DNA of 64,000 bases, filler included, from Sphacelaria rigidula (Eukaryota), in the NCBI GenBank assembly GCA_964200075.2. It is 3 parts of 3 records of this genome, joined end to end, with 100 filler letters (N's around TTAATTAATTAA, not from the genome) between each part and the next. Parts side by side here need not be neighbours in the genome. Positions count along the whole stretch, not along the records: positions 21,973 to 43,817 come from CAXNAA020000380.1; 2 more parts are not named here. One strand, 5' to 3'. A program made the translations under genes and the position numbers. The notes under the pieces were generated by a model. That model had not been told where the DNA came from, did no database searches, and saw only the letters and a list, made by a program, of their open reading frames with translations. Position 1 is the stretch's first letter. Every line of letters starts with the position of its first letter. Of this stretch, positions 26,374 through 38,300 are shown piece after piece.

Positions 26374-26745
26374 TACCTGAGTATTACTGAGAGTGCTTAC
26401 CCAGTATTTGAGTAGAGTATTTGAGGTCGTCCTCAATCTACCCAAAATTTGAGAGTGTTTGAGGTCATACCCAATCTACCCAAGATTTGAGTGAAGTATT
26501 TGAGGTCATACTCAATCTATCCAAAAAATGGGTAGATTATTGAGGTCATGCCCAAGTGATACTCTATGCCCGAGTATTACTGGGAGCACTTACCCAACAT
26601 TTGAGTGGAAATTTTGATATCGTATACCCAAAAAATGAGTCGAGTATTCGTGGCCGTGCCCAATCTACCCAAAAGCTGAGTGGAGTAAACACTCTGGTAT
26701 TTTACCTGAGTACCCAAAATTACATACTCTACTCGCCCGGCCCTT
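26374..26745. mobile_element. Partial second copy of element A (right end)
   Basis: Same TGAGGTCATACTCAATCTACCC units; ends TACTCTACTCGCCCGGCCCTT, similar to the A right TIR. Confidence 0.7.
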
Positions 26746-28394
26746 CAAATCGTATGCTCACGTTCCCTCCGTTTGATTCATGCGAGATGAGTCAAGTTTA
26801 CATGCTTCCCACCCAAGATTCATACAGGAAGTGTGGTTTGTACATATTTTGCTCTCTTGATTAATCTAATACTACCTGAAGTGCACACATTCCCAGTCCA
26901 TGATTCGTGCGCTATGACCTTGAACATACAACTTCACCATTCACGATTCATACCGGATGGCTCTTCGTACGTGATCCGCTTTCAACATTCATGGGGAGTC
27001 AATCCGTATGAACTCTGAATCGTCCGCACCGTGCAATATCTCATCGACACAGACGAGTTGGCCCGTCCTCCGCGTATCTTATTTGTTGTCTAATGAGGGA
27101 GAAGATGCTGATCCGCTCGAAAGTCTGAGCCATTTTTTCTGGTTGATTAGACGCGATGTCTATTGACTCCTATGTCGTGCGGAAATAGCGTCCATACTAA
27201 AGTATATATGGAATCTCGAACGAAATGTACAGCGGATGATGATGACTTTTGATGTGAAATTCACTGGAGCACAAGAAAACAATCGATACCCTCACCTTCA
27301 CCTACGTCACTATCTGTCCAGAGATATGGCGCACATAGGATTCTATACTAAAATCAATATACTACGAGCAAAATCTATATCTGCACTAGATCTGGATTTC
27401 GCGTCTCCGTTTTCGGAACTTGTGGTTTGAAGTTTGATTTGGAGAACCGCTAGGCCAAAACAAATAAAAACTTCAGCTTCTTGATTTTTTACATTTTTGT
27501 ACACCCGGCGCAGTCATAATAAATTTGAAACCGAACATGGAGAATCGCCAAGGTATGCTGAAAGTTGAAGTTGGTCTTCATTTTTGTTTTTGTTTCAGCG
27601 CTAAAGACGTTCTCGTGAAATGATGAAATTGACTCTATCTACTAAAACGTCCTTCACTCATGGGAAAACAAAACTGTTCCATTCTCTCGGTCCATTGTTT
27701 CCTAACGAGGTCCGACATGGAATTCCCAAACGTGAATTCGAAACCTTGGCCGGTAAGTGGCCAGCGAAATAACGGTCCGAATTTCGACGGAACCGGTCTC
27801 TCAGTTGCCCCGCTCCACCTCAACTTAGGGAGTTGGACTTTCAAATTTCGTGCGTGCGGGAAATGAATAGAACACAACGACAACAAAAGTCGGGACTCTG
27901 GGCTATAAATTTCGCTCCCTCATACGTAAAATGCATCACTCAGTATCCACAGCTTTCAGTAGAATGCGGTCAACTCATGGCAAAAAACGAATAGTCGAGG
28001 TTCCGATTTTTCCACCATTTTTATGCCTATAGCCTCTGCCAGACGATGTAGACAAGAGGACTATCCACGAGGGACTCCTCCCGTAGCACTGGCCTCGTGC
28101 TCGACAAGCCCGTTCTCTTAACTTGTTGTTATGGCGGAGTGATCCATGAAAGACCACATCAAGAGCCAGACAGCAAGGAGCCACACAGATAAGGGTCATC
28201 GATCTAGGGTGCCCTGTCCCCTGCCACTGCTCCAATCATGCATGCGATTATACTGAACCCTACGGCTTGGTATTATTTCGCTACAGCACCCTCAGAGCGA
28301 GTTCAAGACATACGAGCGAGCTTGACACCCGACAAAAAACAAGGCGAAATCGCATGCGCCAGATCACACAGAAATATCATACTTCGACGCTGAT

Positions 28395-31300
28395 TTACTT
28401 GTCAGCGCCCGAGTTCAGCCGCATTTTACGCAGTTTCTTCAAAAGAAATTCAGGTGTAGAAGAAAGAATCTTGCGAAGAGACTCCCACGTACGTTCTTCA
28501 GTACCAAACCCCTCCCAATCGACCAAAACAATGAAATCATCAATGACATCATCATTGACATCCTCAGCGACGTGTACCAAAGCATTCATCCGACATTCAC
28601 CTTGAGCATACGAATGCTGAAATACATCTCTCAGTTCCGCAGTTATGCGCAACTGCGAGTCAGCATAGAAACGCCTACGAGCGACATGGGCCGAGCGCAC
28701 GGCGCCAGAAACAATGTTCTGCACCAAATACACGTGAGCGTGATCGGCTCCGACCACTCCCCACGGACCTGCCCACGTGAACATCAACTTTGGCGTCACA
28801 CCTCGCCTACGAACGGGCATACAGTACGAAATCGCCAACTGCGAACTTGGGCAACACAGCCTGGCCCTGAGCAAGCTTGCGTTTGGTTTCGCGAGACACC
28901 ACAACAGCAGCTTGCACTTCGTTACAAAACCGCACTTGCTCGTCAACGACGCCTCAAACTTTGTCACGCAACGAATCAGCATCTATGACATCGACGTTCC
29001 ACTCGCCGCCAGGGACAGAAGCCAACGCTGTACGCGGCGCACGCCCGAACATCACACAATACGGAGTGTTACGGTAGCGTTCACGAGAAGAAGTATTCAA
29101 CCCCCACTGAGCGGCTGGCAACATATCAACTCCTTCAGACACCGGCCGTCTCTGTTCCGGCAAAATAGACAGCAACGCACGAATAACCCCTTTCGCCATG
29201 CGTTCGCAAGCACCATTCGACCAAGGGGTATACACAACAGCAAATTGGTGTTGCACCTTGAGCGCATCACTCAGCTGCGCGATCACTCGATTTTTGAAGT
29301 GCGTAGCGGTATCACTAACCCACACACGCGGCACCCCCAAAGTCTTATACCAATGGAGCAAGTGCTCAGCCGTAGCCTTGGCGGTACAAGCCTCGATCGG
29401 ATCCAACAAAACGAAATTAGACAAATCATCCCTGATAACCAAAACGTACCAAAAACCATCCTCATCAGGCGAACCATTATCATATTCAGGTCCGCTACTT
29501 CCGACGTACAGAAACTTAAAGTGAACAACTTCACCTGGCGCAGTACCATGCACCGTATCGCCATACAGATGAGGTACAATCGCACCAGCACGAGTGTCTA
29601 CACAATGCAAACACTGGCGAACGAACTCGCGAACGTGGGAACCCCTGTGAGGCCACACACAGTATTCTTTCAAACGAAACAGAGTCGGCGCCACGCCACG
29701 GTGACCAGTCGACCGCATGTGAGTCTACACCATCAAGCGAGTTTGTAGAGCAATGTCATCCGACGGAATCCACACAACATCACTACTACCAACACGCACG
29801 CGAAACAAACCATCACCAACCAAAGCAGCTTGACCGAAAGTCGTAGGAAAAGAATGAACACCGTCGCCGACTGCTTTGCGCTGCGCGGTATGAATGGCAT
29901 CTAACAAGGACAGCGAATCATCGGCATCACACGGGCTGTACACGGGCTGTACACGGGAACAGAACGAACGTGCACGGTAGGAATTTTCACCAAGCGAGCT
30001 TTACCTCGCATGAATAAACCGGCAGGCGTGGCGATCGTGAGGATCTCCTGAGCCCCCGACGCCAGAAACATCTGTCACTACTCCTGTAGCAGGCCCAACT
30101 TGCCGAAGCATTGGACTCCTAGCGACTCCCGCATGTCTTCTTGGCTTGGCATCACCCCCGGAGACTGTTCCACTTGCGCGTTCACCGCCTGATAGTCGCC
30201 GACCAAACGGAATGTGTCCCTCTTCGGCACCGCCATCGCCGGACTCGCCCACACAGCCCGGATGTTCCTAACCACTAAACCAAACGCCACCAAAGCTGCG
30301 ATATAAGAGGCAAGCCACCCGGTCTCCATCGGATCATAGCGTCGGGGTTTGACCTTCACAGCATCTCTCATTGGCTCCACGCGCGCTGGCGGATCACCAC
30401 GCAGCGCACGACTAAAGGTATCCACGCCACGAGCCGAAATATCGCGCAGGCGATATGCGCCATCGGCGCTCAGGCCCTTCTGCTCAGCCTGCCTCACGCT
30501 ATCCTCAAGCGCATGCTCTCCTGCACCTCTCTCCTCCGCCGGGTCAATTAACATGTCGGGGCCCCGATCGACCAAGCGCTCCACCGCTTCATCCGCAGGA
30601 GCCTCCTCCTCATTGGCGCTCTAGAATGGCCGTATGGATACGGTCACACGCCTTGCAGCAAGATGGCTGGGGTTTTCCACGCCAGCATGCACCGGTACAG
30701 CACGCGGATGTAACTTATCCAACGCCAGCGTGTACAAATCAATCCCGAGCTCCTTCATCGTCGCCATCCCAAACAGAATCACGTTGTCCCTACCGGTCAT
30801 GACAGCGAAAGTGATGGGCTGCAACTCCGCAGCCCCCCACGGCGTACGCACGCTAACAGCAATCGGCAACGTGTCATGTGTAACCGTCACGGGAGCACCC
30901 GTGGCGGTCTGCGCCGTTTGCGGTCCACTTTCGAACGGAATCTGAAGCTGAGCGCCGCCAAACTGCGAAGACATTTGTCCTAGCAGCCCTAGACCAATCG
31001 ACGTGAGCGCGGACTCAGAATCCAGAATAACGCGAGCCATGAACGAACCGACGGAACCAGGCGAGGAAAGATCTGCGCGAAAACATTCGGCCTTGCGATC
31101 GACAGGTACCACGCCTGCCGAAGAACCCTGGTCGGTACCAAGAGTCACCCGACGCCAGGGCTGCCCTCCAGCACTTGACATCGATAACTGAGAATCGTCG
31201 GTCCAACCAGACCGAGTCGCCGAATATGCAGACGACGCTGTTACAGCCGTCGCAGTAGTAGGAGATGCACCAGACACAGATCCTGCCCGGCCGAGGGACT

Positions 31301-31795
31301 GCGAACTATTCGCTTCAGCACCCCCCACCGAAGTAGTTGCATTGCCCACGTACACTGCCCGCCCCGCTACGGACGAACCATGAGATCCAGAGTCACCACC
31401 TGATGACGTGGTGGAAGAAACAGCCGCGGAGGAACCACCATCCGCCGCGGATTGCTTGCTACCGTGGCCGCCGCGCCCGCGTCCCTCGTTGGCGCGGCCC
31501 CGTCCACCGTGACGACCACCTCCAGATCCTGATGGATCTCGCATATTTCCTTGAGCAGCGCCTTGAGCGCTAGGCTTGGGGCAGTCCTTGATCGGATGTC
31601 CGGCGTCGCCGCAGTTGTAACACGCGCGAGTGAACGACGCTCGCGAAGACGGCTGTTGTTGCTGTTGCTGTTGCTGTTTGTGGGGCGCACTACCTGCACT
31701 CGCCGCAGAATCGCGCCGGTTATGTGCCTCAATAAATTTTCACTGGTCGGCGGCATCAAATATTTTGTTGAACACCACCGTCGGGTTTTTTTTCC
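28395..31795 (-). mobile_element. Degenerate chromodomain-bearing Ty3/gypsy retrotransposon, 5'-truncated and internally deleted
   Basis: On the minus strand: CCHC knuckle ACYNCGDAGHPIKDC (31622-31581); aspartic protease VILDSESALTSI; RT N-part WASPAMAVPK..FRLVGDYQAVN; integrase GHRG...CLHC and RVWVSDTATHF...YTPWSNGACER; chromodomain LVDWEGFGTEERTWES. Most of RT and RNase H is missing. An 11-bp tandem duplication lies at ~29929-29957. Confidence 0.92.
28954..29718 (-). pseudogene. Gypsy integrase (zinc-binding and rve core)
   Basis: ORF contains GHRG..CLHC, LVIRDDLSNF, WVSDTATHF and PWSNGACER motifs. Confidence 0.9.
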
Positions 31796-32029
31796 GGGTA
31801 TTTCTATTTACGTCAACGTCGACGTACTGTGTTACATACGCCAACGTCGACGTACTCTGTTACATCCGCCAACGTTGACGTAATTTGTCACATCCGTCAG
31901 CGTTCAGCATCCGTCCCACAAGCCCCGCAAGGACACAGCAACACATGGAAAACACTCACACAGTCTCTAGCTATCGTTCAAGCCATCGGACGGAGCAAAC
32001 GGGCCCGTAGCGGATGAGATACGTGCTTA
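31796..32029 (+). repeat. Left long inverted repeat (putative TIR) with 28-bp subrepeats
   Basis: GGGTATTTCTATTTACGTCAACG...GTGCTTA is the reverse complement of 42833-43038. Contains three GCCAACGTYGACGTACTCTGTTACATCC-like units. Confidence 0.92.
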
Positions 32030-34323
32030 TGGAAGAGTGAGCACCGCACTCCATGCAGTGTAGATGTCACAGCACCGCACCCCAAACCGTGTAGGATTTC
32101 AAGGAATCGAAGTCCCACCTGCCTCAAAAAGACGCAGTAATCTATTGTGTAAACTTGAGAAGCCCTTCCCTGTCGTTCGACCCATTCCACGCAGCAAACA
32201 GCTGCGCAGCTGTGTTAACAGAGCCCTAGCTGCACGGTGCAGCTGCCCACAAGAACGCCGAGTATCCATATCCCCAGACCGTGGGTACTGTCGAGATTCT
32301 ATTCTGGTATTGCAGACATCTGGATGGTTGATCATCACCATCAGACCTTGTGGACGCCGGGACACTCATTGCCTACGACGCAAGTTGACACGGAACGTAT
32401 CGGGACACCAAAAACATCCCCGGCGGCGAAGCTGTGGACAAGATGAAACGCTTCACCGTAGATCCCGCTGTAAAGTCACTGGCGAAGTGCAAGGATGTGC
32501 TGTCTTTTGTCGCCCGTCCCCCAGAGTTGGGATCACGGCATGGTTTACGCGTGGATTGCGCCAAGCTGGTGGAGGCGAAGAGGTGGGCCTGGAAACAGGC
32601 AAACCCCCATCAGCGGCGAAGTCCTAGCAGACTCATACCAGGTATACATCGTACGGATGCGTACCACCCAAGATCATGTATCTCCGTATCTCCGTCATGG
32701 TCGTGGGATGCACATGAAATTGACATCACGAGACGAATCACAACCGCCATTGAATTATGCATGTTTCGGTTGGGGCATCACTCGGTACTACCAGGTACGT
32801 AAAAGGTAGGGAAGACTGCAGACGAGTCCATACGCCTGTATGCTAAACAGTACTGCATCAACAGAGCGAAGGTAGGATGAGAAGCACGCGGCGATCGTTC
32901 CCAAGATGGCGTAATCACGCACAGGGCATAACGAGTACAGGATGTAACACCTATGGGGTATAACACCCCTTGACAAGAGAACACCGATGACATAGACCCC
33001 ACCATCACAACAGAGCGCGAAAGATGTCAAGAATCTGGGAGATAATAATGCAAGCCTCGTTTTTGTTGAAAAAAGTGAAGGAACCACGGGTGAACAGTTT
33101 TGCTGACCCCGACGAGAACGTGATATTCACAATTCGGAAAGGGCAAGGAAGTCGGCACTTTGGTCATGACTTGTGTTTCTTTTTTTTTTTAGTGTTTTCT
33201 TTTTTATTATTTTTTTTCTGTTTTTTTCTGCGCTATCCCCTGATTTCTGCGCCTCCCTCCCCTTTTTCCGCCCCTGCTTTTGCACAAAAACTCACCCGCC
33301 AACGGTTGAGACAATACCAAAAAGGGGGAAAAGTTAAGCTAGGCTAGTAAAACGGTGGGGGACCACGTGGGCAGCCCTGTTTTGACTTGACTTTTGATCG
33401 GGGCTCCCCAAGGTACCAGCCTGGCTCAACGGTTGACGTGAAACGTCACCTGTATCCACAAATCAGCAACATTAACTGGTTTTCATGCGATTTTTTGTCA
33501 CGGCCCTTTTTCGGCGCAAAAGAAAACGGTATTGCGCTTTTTCTGCGATGGCATCTGCTCAATTTTCCAAAAATCTGCGACTTATTGTTGTCCTCCTGCT
33601 CCTCTTTTTCACGGCCGTTTTTCTGCGCAAAGAAATGGTATTCTTCTTTTTCTGCTTGTTCTGCGATCGCAGAAGGAGCGCAGGCCTATTGGCAGTTGAG
33701 AATCTGGAAGAATGCACTGCACCTCAGAATAACGAGATACCGCTTCCACAACCACAGTGACTCAACCAGGCCTCCACGCAAGCGGCTTCCTCGGTAAATG
33801 CACGCGGCCATTTGACTACCCCCGAAAATCTCTCCGCACGAAAGTTCACACCTCTTCAGAGGAATAAAACACCGCTACTAGAGGACGAGTGACCTCTGGG
33901 AGGATTTCATGTTGTGCTGGGTCCATCTCCCTCCATCTAGAGCGACTACCTGTGGCCTGTTTCCCTACCGGTGTTCAACCCCTGAGCAAGAGGATACTAC
34001 CCACCCTCCACAGGGATGAAACGGTTCCACCGAGCTTCTGTCCCCTTTGGAACGGTGAATTTCGTATCGAGGGATTTGGAGGATAGTCAACAAGCCGCAT
34101 GTGAAAGTGGCAAAAGACGTTGATATATATTGGGACATCAAATCGACTATGGCATAGTGTTAGAGCTGTACTTTGTTTGAAGCGGATGGGGAACAGGGTC
34201 ATCGATATCGAGGTCCACCCGACACGTCATCAAGAGGTGTGACGTACAAGTCGCGGAACTCCGTTTGCGTCGAAGATCTGTTTTCAGAGACACACACAAT
34301 CTCACTCTTCGGCCCTCCGTCAT

Positions 34324-34896
34324 GTGCCTCCTCGGATGCATGTCGTCAAGGTCAAGAAGGATCTCCTGAAGAAGGGAGTCGACGTGGACAGAGTAACGGA
34401 GGCCCTTTTGAAAGGGGCAAACCCCGAAGATGGTGGTGGGGTTGGCATCGCTTTCCAGTGCATCGGGAACGGGGACTGTTTCATGAATGCCGTCGCGACG
34501 CTGATCATCGCGAAAAGTAGGAGGGGCGACCGTCGGAAGGCCATAATGCGGCTGGCCAAAAAGCTGAGACTGGCCATCGTGATCACGGGGATCAAGTACA
34601 TGGAGTTGTTCCTCGGTGACCAATAGGATTTTTATGGAGCCTGGCCCTGCTACAGCACGGAAGTCAGGGAAGATCTGGCAACCTCCGGGTGGACCGTGTC
34701 TCCCGGAGTGGACGACGGGTTATCTCTCGACTCGACAGACACCGCACGGTTGATGTTCGTGCGGCAGCTGTGGCATATGTCTGCGCCGGGGGTTTTCACG
34801 CAGCAGTTCGCATTCCCCATCATGGCCATTGTCCTAGGAGGTCCGCTGAGGGTCTTCAATCCAAGGAAGTTGGTGTTGCACTTTGGTGAAAAGCGG
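34324..34896 (+). pseudogene. OTU-like cysteine protease domain, one in-frame TAG
   Basis: CIGNGDCFMNAVA resembles the OTU catalytic loop GDGNC(L/F)FxA, followed by KKLRLAIV and QLWHMSAPGVFTQQFAFPIMAIVLGGPLRVF (resembles MS..G.W...A.A..L...I.V). ORFs 34324-34626 and 34696-34902 are in the same frame across the TAG at 34624-34626. Confidence 0.7.
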
Positions 34897-35337
34897 GTGT
34901 GAACACAGTTGGTGCGATTTCAGCGATTTTTTTGTTACGATGGGGATCGCCTATCGGATACCCGCTCGGAGGAGACGGACAACGACAGTAAATGATGTCA
35001 TGATGTCATTACGGTATGGTTTGCAAGCGCTATAGAATTGACTCGAATACGCAACCTCACTCAATCCCAAACGTGCGTCCCCTTTCACACAGCGCTGGTT
35101 CCACTTTCCCCACCCGACGGTGTCGGGATTACAAGATTTTGATCGGGGGCGGGGGGGGGGGGGGGGGGCGCGGGTGGGGCATGGGTATCTTCCTTGTTTT
35201 TTTCTTTTTTCGCCACCGGGGTGGGGGGATTGCCGNNNNNNNNNNGGGGGGTGTCGCGGGGGGGGGGGGGGGGGGGGGGGGCTACGGTTTGGACAATGGT
35301 ACTCTCACTCGTTTCTTCGTGTTCTCCCACCGGATAG

Positions 35338-38300
35338 GGAGGATTCCCACGGTATACTGCGGACACAGGGGGCCAAGAAAATAACGGGAGCAACGCAGGC
35401 GCGGCGCCGGTTGCGAGGATTGGTCGTTCATTCACCGTCACAGGTTCCCCCGACGACACCTGGGGCTCTGTCTTCGCCGAGCTCCTGCGCGATTCCCGCC
35501 AGGCTGGTTATGAGACGCTGCGGGTGCGACGGGTGATAAAGGTGGGTGCCATGCAGCAAGGAACAGGTGACATGACAACCACATGAACACACGGGGCATG
35601 CTGTCACGAGCGATCAGCGTTGGGCACATCGCCTCTTCGCGCGGAATAAATGAAGAGGAGACCTTATGCAATGAAGATGTGACAAAATCAACGAATCCCG
35701 CCCGATCGCAAACACTTGTATCCTTCATCTTGCAGACGGCGGACGGGTCGAGGTACACTTACTGCAAGATCGAGTGCGAGCATTCGGGACAACCTCGGAT
35801 AAAGGATCAGATGAAGCCGGGTGGCTACCGTCGAGCCGTCAATCCATCACATAAGGTCAGTGAACACTGTGTCGGGAACCTGGCGTATGTTGGTAGAACA
35901 TACGAGAGCCTCACCACACGATGTTGGAGGTCGATGTTCCCACGATTTCTGTGCAACGTTTTTTTGTCGTGCCCCCATAGCACACGTGTGTTGGTGCTCA
36001 CGATCCCACACCATGAGCACGACAGGATGCTTGTCGGCAACTTTGTGCTCAGAGGACGCCTCCACTCGTAACCTCCTGGACAGGTGGGATGTCCATTCGT
36101 TGTCGGCATCAGCTGGGCTCTTCGGGATGATGCGCCACACGTCACCGTGGTGAGTGCTGCCGTCCGAACCCAGTCGCCAAAAACTACATCTTTTTTCTGC
36201 GTTTCGGGCGCGGGCACGTGTAGCACCCGACAACATCCACCCCCTCCCCCTCCTTCCGCTCGCCTTGATTCCGTACCACCAGTCCCGTGAGAACCATGAC
36301 CACGACCCGCGGGCATCGATCACAAGGGCCGATCCTCGTATCCTCCCTACCTCCATCGTTGCAACGAGGGAAAGAGATTTTCGGAGGTGGACAGCGGCTG
36401 GCCTCTGAGCGGGGGACATTATAAAATTACTCGAAGCGGATGGTGGTGGTTTGCTACTCGGCAAAGATGGGAAAAAGAAGGGAAGCGAGGACCACTCTGA
36501 CAGAGGATGGGGCGGGAAGCGCGTGTGGGATCTATTCTCTCGCGACGCGAACCATTCCTGAGTAGTGGCGGTTCAACCCTCGGCATTACTCGGGAGAGTC
36601 CTGTCCACCCCTTACCGTGTCATTTGTTTTCCTGTCCCTTTTTATGTTTGCGGTGGATGATCACGTTCCAGGTCCGCAACATGATGCAGAAGGTGCAGAA
36701 GGAACTCTACTGCTCTCCACAGGATGCGACCGAATTCTTGCCTACCCTCAAAAGCGAGCCTGGTATGTTCTGCGAATATAAACTGGATGCAGAAGGAAGA
36801 CTCGTGGATGCATACTGGGCCACCGCAGAGCAGCAACAGAAGTGCGTAACATATGGAGGGTGCATCCAGTTGGATACGACGGTGCTCCTGTGCAGGTCAT
36901 AAGGTATGTCGGGATGTGTTCCAAGCTTGCTGTCTCTGTATCCGTACTTTTTTCGTTGTTCAATGATGCGCGCCGTCACCGACCCACGTGTAATGTGGTT
37001 CGCAGATACGGATGCCCTCTTCTCTTTGTGGTGGGCGTGGATAGCGAGAATCGCAGCTGCATCCTGGGGTACAACCTCTTGCGGTCTGAGTGCACCGAGA
37101 CTCTCGAGTGGATTCTTGACAAATACTGCCGAGCGAGTGGTGGGCGCCGACCCAAGGTATCCTTCACGCCATGTGAACATACTTTTCAACTCTCGAGACT
37201 GAGAAGTTCTGCTGCTCCCAGAATTTTTCTCCGCCGATGCACTACTTGCGACAGTTGCCCCTCTTGACACGGACTGACGTGTTGGTGGTTATGGTGACAA
37301 TATTTCTCAATTTTCGCTGCTGCACAGGTTGTGCTGTCAGATGCGGACCTAGCAATATCGGCTGCGGTGGAGACATCCTGGCCCAGCACACTCCACTTGT
37401 ATTGCTTACGGCACATTTTCAAAAACGTGCCGAAGAATTGTTTTTCTTCGCTGAGCGAAAGTGATCGGTCAGTATTCATGCACAAATTCTCGTGCGCAGC
37501 CTACGCAGCCACTCCCGAGGTGAGGGGTGGTATGTGGTATTCGTCCCAAACACCGTCGGCGGGTCCCTCAAAGTGTACGTCGATGGGCGCACGTGCTGAC
37601 GGAGTATCATCTTGGTTGTACGCGAATCTCATCAGGAAAACGGTAACGGGCAGGAGTTGAGCGATCTCACTCGTGAAAAATCCCCCCTGCCCCTGTATTG
37701 CGTCAGGTATTCGTTCGCTCCCAGCATGAGGTGGAGACAATGGCCAAGGGGACCAAGTGCGAGGGCTAGATCGCCGACATGTTCGCGTGAGTACACAGCA
37801 CAAGTGGCAGAAACCCCCAAAGTGGGTCTCATTTCCAGGACCATGGCCTCCACGCCGCAAACTGCATACATCCGTGTCTATCGGTGGTCGTTCGTGGGCA
37901 CAAGTTGGAATGCTACTGAACCCGACCCTCCATCCGGCGCCGTGTGTTGCATCCACTGACCGGTCTCTCCATCCGTTCAGGAAGAAAGAAAATTGGACTT
38001 TTTCCTGCCGGCCGACACATCTTACCCTGGGTATAGTTGCGACGCAGCGAACGGAGGGTCTGTTCGGGGTGGCAAAATAAACTGGCATCCATAGGGGCCT
38101 GTCACTGTGCGCCCTTTGGGACAAACTTCGTCAGTTGGAAACGCGCCTGTTGATGAAGACCGAGAGGTGAGGCGCTACACGCTTATGCACAATCCCAATT
38201 CAGGAGATGAGGATCGCCTGGATCTCGGGCAAGCGGTGGTCTTGTTTGAAATAATAGCCGATCTTGGATTACCTTGGAGCCGCCTCTTTCACTAACTCGT

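Larger units (their letters stand above)
23500..27020. repeat. Outer degenerate repeat (CATGAATCGTA.../TTCATACGAGG... units) interrupted by younger elements
   Basis: Similar units at ~23500-23826 and ~26746-27020 flank elements A and B. Confidence 0.4.

Noticed and set aside
27638-27660. Helitron-like 5' end A|TCTACTAAAA
   Set aside because: No matching hairpin-CTRR 3' end could be tied to it.
28777-29748. 323-aa plus-strand ORF
   Set aside because: Antisense shadow of the gypsy integrase.
34624-34626. Programmed read-through of the TAG in the OTU frame
   Set aside because: Context CAA TAG GAT lacks the CARYYA read-through motif, and the linked transposase has several nonsense mutations, so decay is the simpler explanation.
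35144-35281. Long poly-G tracts as a G-quadruplex element
   Set aside because: They flank a 10-nt N gap, so homopolymer lengths are unreliable.
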